Shown in pieces: positions 1 through 7,838 of a stretch of 43,959 nucleotides of DNA (position 1 is its first letter; each line of letters opens with the position of its first letter). Origin of the DNA: a virus; the UHGV virus genome UHGV-1376934. The stretch is one strand, 5' to 3'. Below the pieces are notes generated by a model. The model saw only the letters and a program-made list of their open reading frames with translations. It had not been told where the DNA came from and ran no database searches. A program made the translations under genes and the position numbers.

Positions 1-20
1 ATAATATTGTTTATGGGAAG
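1..20 (+). repeat. 20-bp core repeat ATAATATTGTTTATGGGAAG, copy 1 (direct).
   Basis: Identical to 43925-43944 and to the reverse complement of 731-750 (19 of 20 match). Confidence 0.8.
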
Positions 21-398
21 AGCATTTTTGGCGTTTCCGGAAATGTGCGGAAGTATGCGAGTATAACAAAAACCCTTACATCATCTACCGGTAAAGTCAA
101 TTTTACGGGAGGTGATTGCTCCATATATGCTTATTATGTGAGTATTAGCAATATTGGATTCACACCCCTCTATGCATCAATTGTAGGTGAACACGCTGAT
201 TACACCCCTATTCATGGAGGAGGAGATGGATGGGGGTTTGCTTATGCTGAAAGAAGCAACCGAAGTAGTTATGGAACCCAATTTTTATATTGGCTCAATG
301 GAGGATATTATTCCTTAAACTCCAGCTTGGTAAGACTCCCAGCGGGCTCAATAAACGGGGGAAGAAATATGACAGTTAAAGTATTTGGTTACTATTAA
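1..398 (+). CDS. Tail-fibre-like variable C-terminal cassette A. It is 5'-partial: the reading frame is open from the window edge and in frame from nt 3, giving N-I-V-Y-G-K-S-I-F-G-V-S-G-N-V-R-K-Y-A...
   Basis: ORF 45..398 has no stop upstream to the window edge. Its N-terminal junction peptide NIVYGKSIFGV(S/A)GNVRKYA matches cassette B and the 3' end of the gene at 43684. It ends ...FGYY*. Confidence 0.5.
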   Translation, partial: NIVYGKSIFGVSGNVRKYASITKTLTSSTGKVNFTGGDCSIYAYYVSISNIGFTPLYASIVGEHADYTPIHGGGDGWGFAYAERSNRSSYGTQFLYWLNGGYYSLNSSLVRLPAGSINGGRNMTVKVFGYY

Positions 399-750
399 TA
401 ATATCCGGCGACACAGTACCAGACAGTACCATTTTCAATACAAGGTAAGACAGCATTAGTACTATTTACATGCCAAGCACCACTCATATTAAAATCAAAT
501 CGGTAACCCCCTCCGGCACAGTGGGCAGGATTACCAGACCAAAATCCCACTAGGGCACCATCTGTCCAGGCAATACACGATACATTAAACCCTGTTGGTA
601 TTGTCGCCTTATACATTGACCTTCCAGGGTCATATCCAGCACTGATAGAGATGCTTGCAGTACCAGAGGATGATACGGTACTGTTTTTCATGGCATACTT
701 GCGTACATTGCCAGCCACACCAAATATAGACTTCCCATAAACAATAGTAT
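395..750 (-). CDS. Tail-fibre-like variable C-terminal cassette B, in inverted orientation. It has no ATG or RBS of its own upstream of the conserved junction, so it is probably expressed only after recombination onto the constant region.
   Basis: The minus-strand frame is open from 769 down to 395. The translation D-T-I-V-Y-G-K-S-I-F-G-V-A-G-N-V-R-K-Y-A... matches the cassette A junction. It ends ...AGYY*, converging on cassette A at the palindrome TATTAATA. The only start candidate is GTG at 718, with no convincing SD. Confidence 0.45.
731..750 (-). repeat. 20-bp core repeat, inverted copy (ATACTATTGTTTATGGGAAG on the minus strand).
   Basis: Reverse complement of 731-750 matches 1-20 at 19 of 20 positions. 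It lies exactly at the constant/variable junction of cassette B. Confidence 0.8.
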
Positions 751-826
751 CGTAAGATAGGAAACATACCTATACTTGAAACCATCATTGATAAACAGTA
801 TATCACAAAGAAAGGAATGATGAAAC

Positions 827-1171
827 ATGAAAGCATTAGTAATCTATGACGACACCGGCCGTATATGGACGATTGTCTACGGTGAGGAACAGGTTCCCCA
901 GGGCCTGCAGTGCATATGGGTGGACATCCCCGATGGTGCACAGCTGGACCATATTAATGTGACGGATGAGGACAACCCGCAGCCAGTCTTTAGTTATCTG
1001 CCTGAATCAGATATTGGACGTCTGCAGGAACAGGTGGTAAGTCTGGGGGACCAACTCACAGAGGCACAGTTGGCGCTTACCGAGCAGTATGAGGCCAATC
1101 TGGCGCTGGCTGAAGAGATAACCAACACTCAGATGGCACTGACAGAAATCTATGAAGGAATGGAGGTGTAA
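827..1171 (+). CDS. Hypothetical phage protein, 114 aa, acidic. It sits in the XkdW-like position between the fibre and holin.
   Basis: ATG is preceded by aaagaaagga. Coding strand and position sit in the late/tail-fibre region. Confidence 0.55.
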   Translation: MKALVIYDDTGRIWTIVYGEEQVPQGLQCIWVDIPDGAQLDHINVTDEDNPQPVFSYLPESDIGRLQEQVVSLGDQLTEAQLALTEQYEANLALAEEITNTQMALTEIYEGMEV

Positions 1172-1174
1172 GGT

Positions 1175-1288
1175 ATGGCGAGCTATATGGCAACTGTGTA
1201 TGCGGACCTTATCCGCAAGGGCAGGAAAACGATTGAACAGGTCCCAGAGAAATTAAGGGCGGAAGTCGAGGCGGCACTCAATGCTTAG
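1175..1288 (+). CDS. XkdX-like small phage protein, 37 aa.
   Basis: ggaggtg RBS 6 nt upstream of ATG. Protein MASYMATVYADLIRKGRKTIEQVPEKLRAEVEAALNA shares the motif KG(R/K)KT..QVP with the next gene. Confidence 0.5.
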   Translation: MASYMATVYADLIRKGRKTIEQVPEKLRAEVEAALNA

Positions 1289-1328
1289 ACTGCTGCTCTT
1301 TTTATTATTGAGAAAGGAGGCAGACACC

Positions 1329-1457
1329 ATGGCAGTCATTTATGCAACCCTGATTGTAAAGGGGAGAAAGACATTCGGGCAGGTCCCGGATAAAATTAAG
1401 GACCAGGTGCGCCAGGTACTGGTTGACTTGGAATGTGAAGAACTGATTACAGAGTAG
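1329..1457 (+). CDS. XkdX-like small phage protein, 42 aa, tandem paralog of 1175..1288.
   Basis: gaaaggagg RBS. Protein MAVIYATLIVKGRKTFGQVPDKIKDQVRQVLVDLECEELITE. Confidence 0.5.
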   Translation: MAVIYATLIVKGRKTFGQVPDKIKDQVRQVLVDLECEELITE

Positions 1458-1466
1458 GTGAGGTAC

Positions 1467-1895
1467 ATGAAAATGAAGAAAGATATTATATGCGCTATTA
1501 CTGGTATGGCCGCAGCGGCGGGAGTAAAGCTTTTTGGTGGCTGGACTCCGACACTGAGTATCGTGCTCATACTTATGGGACTGGACCTGATAGCGGGATT
1601 CCTGGTGGCCGTGGTGTTTAAAAAGTCACCAAAATCAGAGAGCGGTGCGGCCAGTTCAAATGCCATGCTTAAAGGACTGTGCAAGAAGTTCATGATGGTG
1701 TGTCTATTGGCGGTAGCCCATCAGCTTGATGTGGCCCTGGGGGTGGATTACATTATGCTGGCAGCTACATATGGATTTATCGCAAATGAGGCATTGTCGA
1801 TTGTGGAGAATGCCGGACTCATGGGTATTGTCAAATCCGATGTTATAGTGAATGCCATTGAAGTGTTAAAAGGAAAATCGCAGAAAACAGAGTAA
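1467..1895 (+). CDS. Holin of the phiLC3 / toxin-secretion (TcdE-like) family, about 142 aa with three predicted TM segments.
   Basis: Hydrophobic segments AITGMAAAAG, LSIVLILMGLDLIAGFLVAVV and FMMVCLLAVA, with a charged C-terminus. aggtgagg is upstream of ATG 1467. The ORF track offers an alternative GTG start at 1458. Confidence 0.7.
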   Translation: MKMKKDIICAITGMAAAAGVKLFGGWTPTLSIVLILMGLDLIAGFLVAVVFKKSPKSESGAASSNAMLKGLCKKFMMVCLLAVAHQLDVALGVDYIMLAATYGFIANEALSIVENAGLMGIVKSDVIVNAIEVLKGKSQKTE

Positions 1896-1927
1896 TTGCG
1901 ATATCGCAACAGCAGAAAGGCAATGCC

Positions 1928-2272
1928 ATGAGGACATTAAGATTCAAAGTATCCGGCCAGGAGCTAATAAGGGCTCCTGGCTGTGATTTTAGTAACATAA
2001 TTGCCGGTACATCCGGCTACCTGCAGGCGGCGTTTGAGTTCGGCCCGGACTGGGACGGGACTGTCCGGGTGGCGGCCTTCTATCCGTACTTGCAGTCCCA
2101 GGAGGTTGGCAGACTGATAACAGACGGTGTCTGCATTGTCCCGGATGAGGTGACGGCCTATGACACATTTAAAATCGGGGTGGTTGGCCAGCATGAGAAT
2201 GGCCAGAGGATTACCACCAATCTGATTACGATTAAGCAGGAGAGGGGGAGTGGACAGGCATGGCAACAGTAA
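1928..2272 (+). CDS. Hypothetical phage protein, 114 aa.
   Basis: ORF on the coding strand of the late operon, overlapping the start of the next gene. Confidence 0.5.
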   Translation: MRTLRFKVSGQELIRAPGCDFSNIIAGTSGYLQAAFEFGPDWDGTVRVAAFYPYLQSQEVGRLITDGVCIVPDEVTAYDTFKIGVVGQHENGQRITTNLITIKQERGSGQAWQQ

Positions 2273-4179
2273 ATGAAATACTGGCAGCACAGGCATATGC
2301 AGCTGTTGACGAGGCATGGACCAAGGATAATAATTACCCATCCTTCCATCTGTACGTGGAGCTGGAGTATGTTCCGGTCACCAACAAGCGCATTGCGGAT
2401 TTCAACGACCAGATATCTGTGCGTGGCGAGGAAAATGCTCAGTTCGTGGGCTTCCAGCTGCCGCGGTACGATGACGGCCTGGACCTTACCGTCCAGCGCC
2501 TGTATATCCACTACCAGACGGTCCATGGGGGTGGGGACAGCGTACCCTGCAATGTGTCCTGGTCGGACAATTATGTCAGGATGTGCTGGCAGGTACCGGC
2601 ACAGGCAACTCAGGAACCTGGGTCAATCCAGATGATGATATATGCGACCGGCACTGACAGTGTAGGTGAGTGGACCATTTGGAAGACCCTGCCGGCAACG
2701 TATGATATCCATGACGGACTGGAAATCGGAGGAGGCATCCTGGAACCAGACCCGTCTTGGTATGAACAGTTCGTGCAGCAGATGGAATCCAGGGTAACCA
2801 CTGCCCAGGGATACGCCAATGACGCCCAGGCCAGTAAGACAGCCGCCTCCGGTTCTGCCACGGCTGCCGCTGAGTCTGCTGCTGCATCCGCCAAGGCATT
2901 GGAGGATAACAAGGCCTACGTGGAGTCTCAGAAGGATACCTTTGTGGGCTACAACAAGCGTGAGACCGACCTCAAGTACGCCAATGCTCTCATAGGCTCC
3001 GCGTCCGGAACCGAACGGGTCAGTATAGAGGATGCGTGGGAGGCCCCAATACCCGGCCTGGAGATAGCCGGGAGGAGCGAGCAGGGAGCTGACCCCAGCC
3101 CGGATAATCCGCAGGAGATTGTGAGTACGGATGTCACAGCGGTGAGGGTGACGGGAGCGCAGGTTTTGCCATATCCATATAAGGATACTACAAAAACCGA
3201 AAATGGAATTACCTTTACAGACCTTGGTGATGGGGGAATTAAAGTTACCGGAACCTCTACAGCCACATATGCAACTTTCATGCTTAAGCGTATTACAGAT
3301 GATGTGATTCTTCCGCCGGGCATATACGCAAAAAATGCGCCCATTGAATCTGGATTGTTTTTTAATATAAACAGATATAAAAATGGCGCATATGACACAA
3401 CAATTGTGGCCTCCAATGTTAATACTTTCGATACATCATCATGGGATTACACCCAATATGAATATCAGATAATCTTGCAAGTTAGAGATGCCGGAGTAAC
3501 ATTAAACACAACGTTTTATCCAATGATTAATCAGTCCAAAACCGCGCACATCTCCCTCACGGAGCCGTTGCATGGCATCGGGGATGCAAGGGACCATATC
3601 ACATGCCGGGATGGTGTGTGGGGAATTGAAAGAAGAAGGAATTTAGCGGAATATAATGGCATAACAAATCGTGTGGAATCGTTTATTGCATCCTGGGATG
3701 AACGGTATCCAGGTTTTGCACACTGTAATTTGACTAAAATGGATGACTGGTTAGTAGGACAAAAAAATTTCATGTCTGATTTATTTGCTTGCACCACAGA
3801 AGACAATCGAAATTTTAGCAACACGGAATTATCATGTCACACATCAAATAACGGATTACAGTTATTTTTATCTTTTGATTTGGCAGGAATTATTAATGCT
3901 GACGATACTGCAACACGCATCACAAAAGTTAATACTTGGATACAATCCCATAATTTCACGGTTGAGTATGATAAAGCTATCGCTACTTGGACACCCCTCC
4001 CAGCCGATACCCAAGCAGCCCTTAATGCCTTGACCACCTACAAAGGCCAGACAACTATCATGGTGACGGCAGATGGGACGGAACCGGATGTGGGGCTGGA
4101 GTATGTGCAGGATACCAGGGCGGTGGTAGCAGATTTACAGGCGCAGATTGACGCGATTAGAAATGGAGGTACGACATGA
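2260..4179 (+). CDS. Putative tail/baseplate receptor-binding-like structural protein, 639 aa. The N-terminal domain is followed by an Ala-rich coiled segment. The gene is mosaic, with a low-GC block at about 3150-4030.
   Basis: Ala-rich segment AAAESAAASAKALEDNKAYVESQ is typical of BppU-like fibre/baseplate proteins. The gene lies between holin and endolysin. A sharp compositional shift inside the gene is visible by eye. Confidence 0.55.
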   Translation: MATVNEILAAQAYAAVDEAWTKDNNYPSFHLYVELEYVPVTNKRIADFNDQISVRGEENAQFVGFQLPRYDDGLDLTVQRLYIHYQTVHGGGDSVPCNVSWSDNYVRMCWQVPAQATQEPGSIQMMIYATGTDSVGEWTIWKTLPATYDIHDGLEIGGGILEPDPSWYEQFVQQMESRVTTAQGYANDAQASKTAASGSATAAAESAAASAKALEDNKAYVESQKDTFVGYNKRETDLKYANALIGSASGTERVSIEDAWEAPIPGLEIAGRSEQGADPSPDNPQEIVSTDVTAVRVTGAQVLPYPYKDTTKTENGITFTDLGDGGIKVTGTSTATYATFMLKRITDDVILPPGIYAKNAPIESGLFFNINRYKNGAYDTTIVASNVNTFDTSSWDYTQYEYQIILQVRDAGVTLNTTFYPMINQSKTAHISLTEPLHGIGDARDHITCRDGVWGIERRRNLAEYNGITNRVESFIASWDERYPGFAHCNLTKMDDWLVGQKNFMSDLFACTTEDNRNFSNTELSCHTSNNGLQLFLSFDLAGIINADDTATRITKVNTWIQSHNFTVEYDKAIATWTPLPADTQAALNALTTYKGQTTIMVTADGTEPDVGLEYVQDTRAVVADLQAQIDAIRNGGTT

Positions 4180-4949
4180 GTAAGACAGCATTAGGATTAA
4201 TTCAGCATTGCAAGGACAAGCTGGGCACACCCTATGTCTACGGCGCCAAAGGCGAGGTCCTTACCCGGGCCATCCTGGACAGACTTGCCCGGGAGAACCC
4301 AGGTACATACACATCAACTTATAAGGCTAAGGCGGCCAGGTACATAGGCCAGCGCTGCACGGACTGCTCCGGCCTCATCAGCTGGTACACCGGGTGCATC
4401 CGCGGCAGCTACAACTACCATGACACAGCCGTGGAGCGGGTAGGCATCGACCACCTGAATGAGTCCATGGTCGGCTGGGCGGTCTGGAAGCCGGGCCACA
4501 TCGGGGTGTACATAGGTGATGGATACTGCATTGAGGCCAAAGGCATCAATTATGGGACCATCAAGTCCAGAGTGACCGCCACACCCTGGCAGAAGGTGCT
4601 TAAGCTGTGCGACATAGATTACAATCCGGTACAGGTGAAATATGCCCAGGGGTTTCAGCCGGCGGCAGACGGGCAGCGCTGGTGGTATCAGTTTGCAGAT
4701 GGCAGCTATGCGGCCAACGGTTGGTACTGGCTCCGGGAGGCCACGGATGGAACCTGTGGTTGGTATCTGTTTGATATTGCGGGATATATGCTAACAGGTT
4801 ATCAAACAGATGCATCAGGTGAGAGTTTTTTGCTTTGTCCAGTCAAGGGCAGTGACGAGGGTAAGTGCATGATTACGGATGCCAGGGGAGTGCTCCGGAT
4901 TGCCGAAGAGTATGACATGATTAACCGGCGGTACGTGTTTGAGTGGTAA
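4176..4949 (+). CDS. Endolysin: NlpC/P60-family cysteine peptidase domain plus C-terminal cell-wall-binding repeats.
   Basis: Catalytic-type motifs CTDCSGLISW and GHIGVYIGDG. Aromatic repeats GWYWLREATDGTCGWYLFDIAGYMLTGY. Start overlaps the upstream stop (ATGA). Confidence 0.8.
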   Translation: MSKTALGLIQHCKDKLGTPYVYGAKGEVLTRAILDRLARENPGTYTSTYKAKAARYIGQRCTDCSGLISWYTGCIRGSYNYHDTAVERVGIDHLNESMVGWAVWKPGHIGVYIGDGYCIEAKGINYGTIKSRVTATPWQKVLKLCDIDYNPVQVKYAQGFQPAADGQRWWYQFADGSYAANGWYWLREATDGTCGWYLFDIAGYMLTGYQTDASGESFLLCPVKGSDEGKCMITDARGVLRIAEEYDMINRRYVFEW

Positions 4950-5027
4950 GGCATAATATACCATAATTTACCAGGACAAACCCTGCTTTGAAAGGCGTAC
5001 AATGGCCTTGAAAGGAGGCGCATAAAG

Positions 5028-5213
5028 ATGGATGGAAAGCGGAACGATGAACCGCCAGAACCGGCGGAAAAATACTCGGATGAAGAACTGCTAAAAGAAT
5101 TTGAAGCAGTCAAACGCATGACCGTCCCCTTACCCATCCCGGACCCGAAGCCGGATGAATTTGAGACCATCTGGAAACGGATTCAGGATGAGAAGGAGAA
5201 AGAAGAGAAGTGA
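5028..5213 (+). CDS. Small acidic hypothetical protein, 61 aa.
   Basis: RBS gaaaggagg before ATG. Followed by a GC-rich hairpin. Confidence 0.45.
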   Translation: MDGKRNDEPPEPAEKYSDEELLKEFEAVKRMTVPLPIPDPKPDEFETIWKRIQDEKEKEEK

Positions 5214-5219
5214 GTGATA

Positions 5220-5249
5220 GGCGGGTGCCGGAATGTGACCGGGCCCGCC
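5220..5249. terminator. GC-rich hairpin GGCGGGTGCCGG-aatgtga-CCGGGCCCGCC between the convergent small ORF and the integrase gene. Candidate bidirectional terminator.
   Basis: Stem of about 10 bp, directly after the stop at 5213. A weak T-run follows on the plus strand. Confidence 0.45.
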
Positions 5250-5260
5250 TAAATAATGGC

Positions 5261-5288
5261 TGACAATAATCTAAAATTATGCTATAAT
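5261..5288 (+). promoter_or_regulatory. Sigma-70-like promoter: TGACAA, 16-nt spacer, TGcTATAAT (extended -10). It points rightward, antisense to the 3' end of the integrase gene.
   Basis: The -35/-10 hexamers and TGn motif were read directly. Downstream is a short hairpin GGAACcgcaGTTCC (5308-5321) followed by TTATTT. Confidence 0.4.
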
Positions 5289-5343
5289 CAAATCAGTAAA
5301 AGCCTTCGGAACCGCAGTTCCAGGGGCTTATTTACCATCATAT

Positions 5344-5377
5344 GTTATTGACATCCGGAGGGCCGGATTGTAATAAC
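5344..5377. other. Imperfect 34-bp palindrome GTTATTGACATCCGG-AGGG-CCGGATTGTAATAAC abutting the integrase stop codon. Candidate attachment-site core or regulatory site.
   Basis: 12 of 15 arm positions are complementary around a 4-nt centre. It lies immediately 3' of the large serine recombinase gene. Confidence 0.3.
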
Positions 5378-6841
5378 CTATGATATATAAAAGTGAATAT
5401 ATAAATGCCCCTTTTTGCGGTCAAAAACAATGTCCTTGACAATTTTACGGAGGGCATTTCCTTTTGTTTCATAATCTATATTTGAGTCTGAAATGATTTC
5501 GTGTACATGAGCAACCTGACGCATGACATCCTCTTTGCTGGGGACTACGTCAGGAGCCTGTTCGGCCTGACGATGCAGCCGTTCTGCATCAGCCATGAGT
5601 TCCTCCCGCTCTGATTTAAGGCGGAGCTTATTCTGCTTATATTCCTCCAGCGTGTCTATCTCATTCTCATAAGCCTCCCTGATGCGCCGTTCCTTGACTT
5701 CCAGGTGCGCCAGGGCCTCCTGGATGGCAACTTCTTCTGCATTGACGGTATCATTGGTTTTCCGGATGTATTCATATTCCAATTCATTTGTTGCCAGAAC
5801 TTCCTCCAGTGATTCAATCACAGCCTTCTCCGCCAGTCGGACTGACAGACAGCAGGAACCTTCATGGAATCCCTTGGCATATTTCCAGCACTGGAAGAAG
5901 TCAGGACGTTTCTTCTGGTCGTTGGAGCGGTTATAACCAAGGCTGCTGCCGCACACGCTGCATTTCAACATGCCGGACAGCCAATGGGCGTTGCTGGAAA
6001 CTTCACGGCGTTTCTGAGGGCGGTACTCTTTTTCGAGCCGCTTCTGGACATCGTCAAAGATGGACGTAATGGATGTTCGAATCTCATGTGTCCCTTGAAA
6101 TGTGTATCCGTTCCATACTACTTCCCCAATATAGAAACGATTAGTAAGAATACGGTTAATTCCACGGCGGTCGAACCGATTGCCGCGGCGGGTTCGATAT
6201 CCCTTTGAGTTAGTAGCCCTGGCCGTGGCGGTCATATCCTTGCCACTATGGTATGTTTGGAAGATATATTCCACGATGGCGTAGGATTTTTCATCAACAA
6301 TGAAAGGCTTGCCTTCTCCTACAGCTCGGTAGCCAAGGCAGGGAGTGGACTGATATCCTTCGCGGAGAGCCTTTTCAGTCATGCCGCGGATTACTTCACC
6401 AGAGAGGTTGATGGAATAGTATTCATCAAACCATTCAATGATGGTCTCAATCAGCCGGCCGAACATGCCTTCCATGATTGGCTCAGACACGCTCTTGATT
6501 TCCACGCCACATTTTTTTCGAAGGATGCCCTTGTAAAAGGTACTTTCCTCCTGGTTTCTGGCGAACCGAGAGAACTTCCAAAGATATAACCGCTTGAATG
6601 GTGCAGGCCGTTGCGATTTCGCAAAGGCAATCATGCGCTGGAACTCAGGCCGGTTATCTGCCTTCCGGCCAGATATCCCCTTCTTTTCGATGAATATGTA
6701 TTCTTTCGGGATTATAAAGCCATCTGCTTTGGCCGCATCCATGATGACGCGAATCTGGGCGTCCGGGGACAGCTCCGTCTGGTCATCTGTGCTGACGCGG
6801 ACGTAGGCGGCGCCGATTTCCAGGGTGGTTGGTGTGGTCAT
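5378..6841 (-). CDS. Large serine recombinase (phage integrase). It has a resolvase-type N-terminal catalytic domain, a recombinase domain and a zinc ribbon.
   Basis: N-terminus AAYVRVSTDDQ carries the catalytic Ser motif. Cys cluster CSVCGSSL...C...C. C-terminal coiled coil. 487 aa. Adjacent to the repressor module. Confidence 0.85.
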   Translation of the reverse strand: MTTPTTLEIGAAYVRVSTDDQTELSPDAQIRVIMDAAKADGFIIPKEYIFIEKKGISGRKADNRPEFQRMIAFAKSQRPAPFKRLYLWKFSRFARNQEESTFYKGILRKKCGVEIKSVSEPIMEGMFGRLIETIIEWFDEYYSINLSGEVIRGMTEKALREGYQSTPCLGYRAVGEGKPFIVDEKSYAIVEYIFQTYHSGKDMTATARATNSKGYRTRRGNRFDRRGINRILTNRFYIGEVVWNGYTFQGTHEIRTSITSIFDDVQKRLEKEYRPQKRREVSSNAHWLSGMLKCSVCGSSLGYNRSNDQKKRPDFFQCWKYAKGFHEGSCCLSVRLAEKAVIESLEEVLATNELEYEYIRKTNDTVNAEEVAIQEALAHLEVKERRIREAYENEIDTLEEYKQNKLRLKSEREELMADAERLHRQAEQAPDVVPSKEDVMRQVAHVHEIISDSNIDYETKGNALRKIVKDIVFDRKKGHLYIHFYIS

Positions 6842-7042
6842 TATATCATCTCCTTTGTTATAACCATATGAAAAATGGATATAAAAAATACGCCCCTTGC
6901 CAGGACGCTTCAGGAATGATATAATTTAGGTGTTCAAGCTAAATATATCTGCTGGAGCAGTCCGGCAAGAGAGTTATGTTAAAAGTCATTCCTGCGCCAA
7001 CAGGGGTGGCTTTTTGCGTATGCGGTTTAACAAGCTGTGAAA

Positions 7043-7762
7043 CTAAAATGTGTGGGCTTGATTTAGATATACCTCATAGCTATCATAATCAACATCATAA
7101 GGAGATGCTTTTTCGGTAACCGTTTTACCAGCCTCAACATTAGCAATATCCTGCGGATAATCTACATGAGCAATGTCATTACCCTTATAGTAGACCACGA
7201 TATATTCGATTTCATCAATGGAGACACTGTCATTATTTGTTATTTCAATGATTATACCGTCTTCACCTTGGTTTGAGGAAACAGACACTTTATCAGCATG
7301 GTTCTGGTATGATGGATAGCAATTTAATTTAATATCACTGTTTATCTCAAAGTCGTCATACTCTGGGGGGGCACTTAACTTTGAAACAACCGTGCTACCT
7401 GGTAAAACCATGTCGTGCCCATCATCGGCTGTATCTATCGTGTTTCCTGAACCGTTTTTGTAGTTAATCTGGACACTCAATTCATCAATTGTAGTATTGC
7501 TATTATTAGTTATAAATAGGCAAACCTCACCGTCAAGCGTTTTTTGAGGCGTTATTTCTAATTGCGCCTTTATAGCGTCTGGGTCATCCTCGCTTTTGGT
7601 GGCGATGGTCTCACTCGTAGCAACGCCCTTGGAAGTTTCACTTGGATTTTCTGAGGCCGTTTGCGCAGATGCTACTGGTTCAGCAGTAGTATGCTCCGCT
7701 TTCCCTCCACAAGCGGTCATCATGCTAATTGCTAACGCAGTTGTAATAATGATTTTTTTCAT
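7043..7762 (-). CDS. Lipoprotein, 239 aa, between integrase and repressor (Ltp/Sie-like position). Has an internal two-domain repeat.
   Basis: Signal peptide plus lipobox MKKIIITTALAISMMTAC. RBS agagga. Repeated segments ITNNSNTTIDELSVQINYKNGSGN and ITNNDSVSIDEIEYIVVYYKGND. The gene is AT-rich. Confidence 0.65.
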   Translation of the reverse strand: MKKIIITTALAISMMTACGGKAEHTTAEPVASAQTASENPSETSKGVATSETIATKSEDDPDAIKAQLEITPQKTLDGEVCLFITNNSNTTIDELSVQINYKNGSGNTIDTADDGHDMVLPGSTVVSKLSAPPEYDDFEINSDIKLNCYPSYQNHADKVSVSSNQGEDGIIIEITNNDSVSIDEIEYIVVYYKGNDIAHVDYPQDIANVEAGKTVTEKASPYDVDYDSYEVYLNQAHTF

Positions 7763-7838
7763 ATACTTTTCCTCTTTTCTTTTATTTATTAGGCTATGAG
7801 CCTTCAAATTAATAACGTTTTTTGTGAGAATTTCCCCC

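Noticed and set aside
6995-7025. Hairpin GCCAacaggggTGGC followed by TTTTT downstream of the lipoprotein gene.
   Set aside because: Only a 4-bp stem. The T-run is on the plus strand, where no upstream gene exists. Too weak to call.
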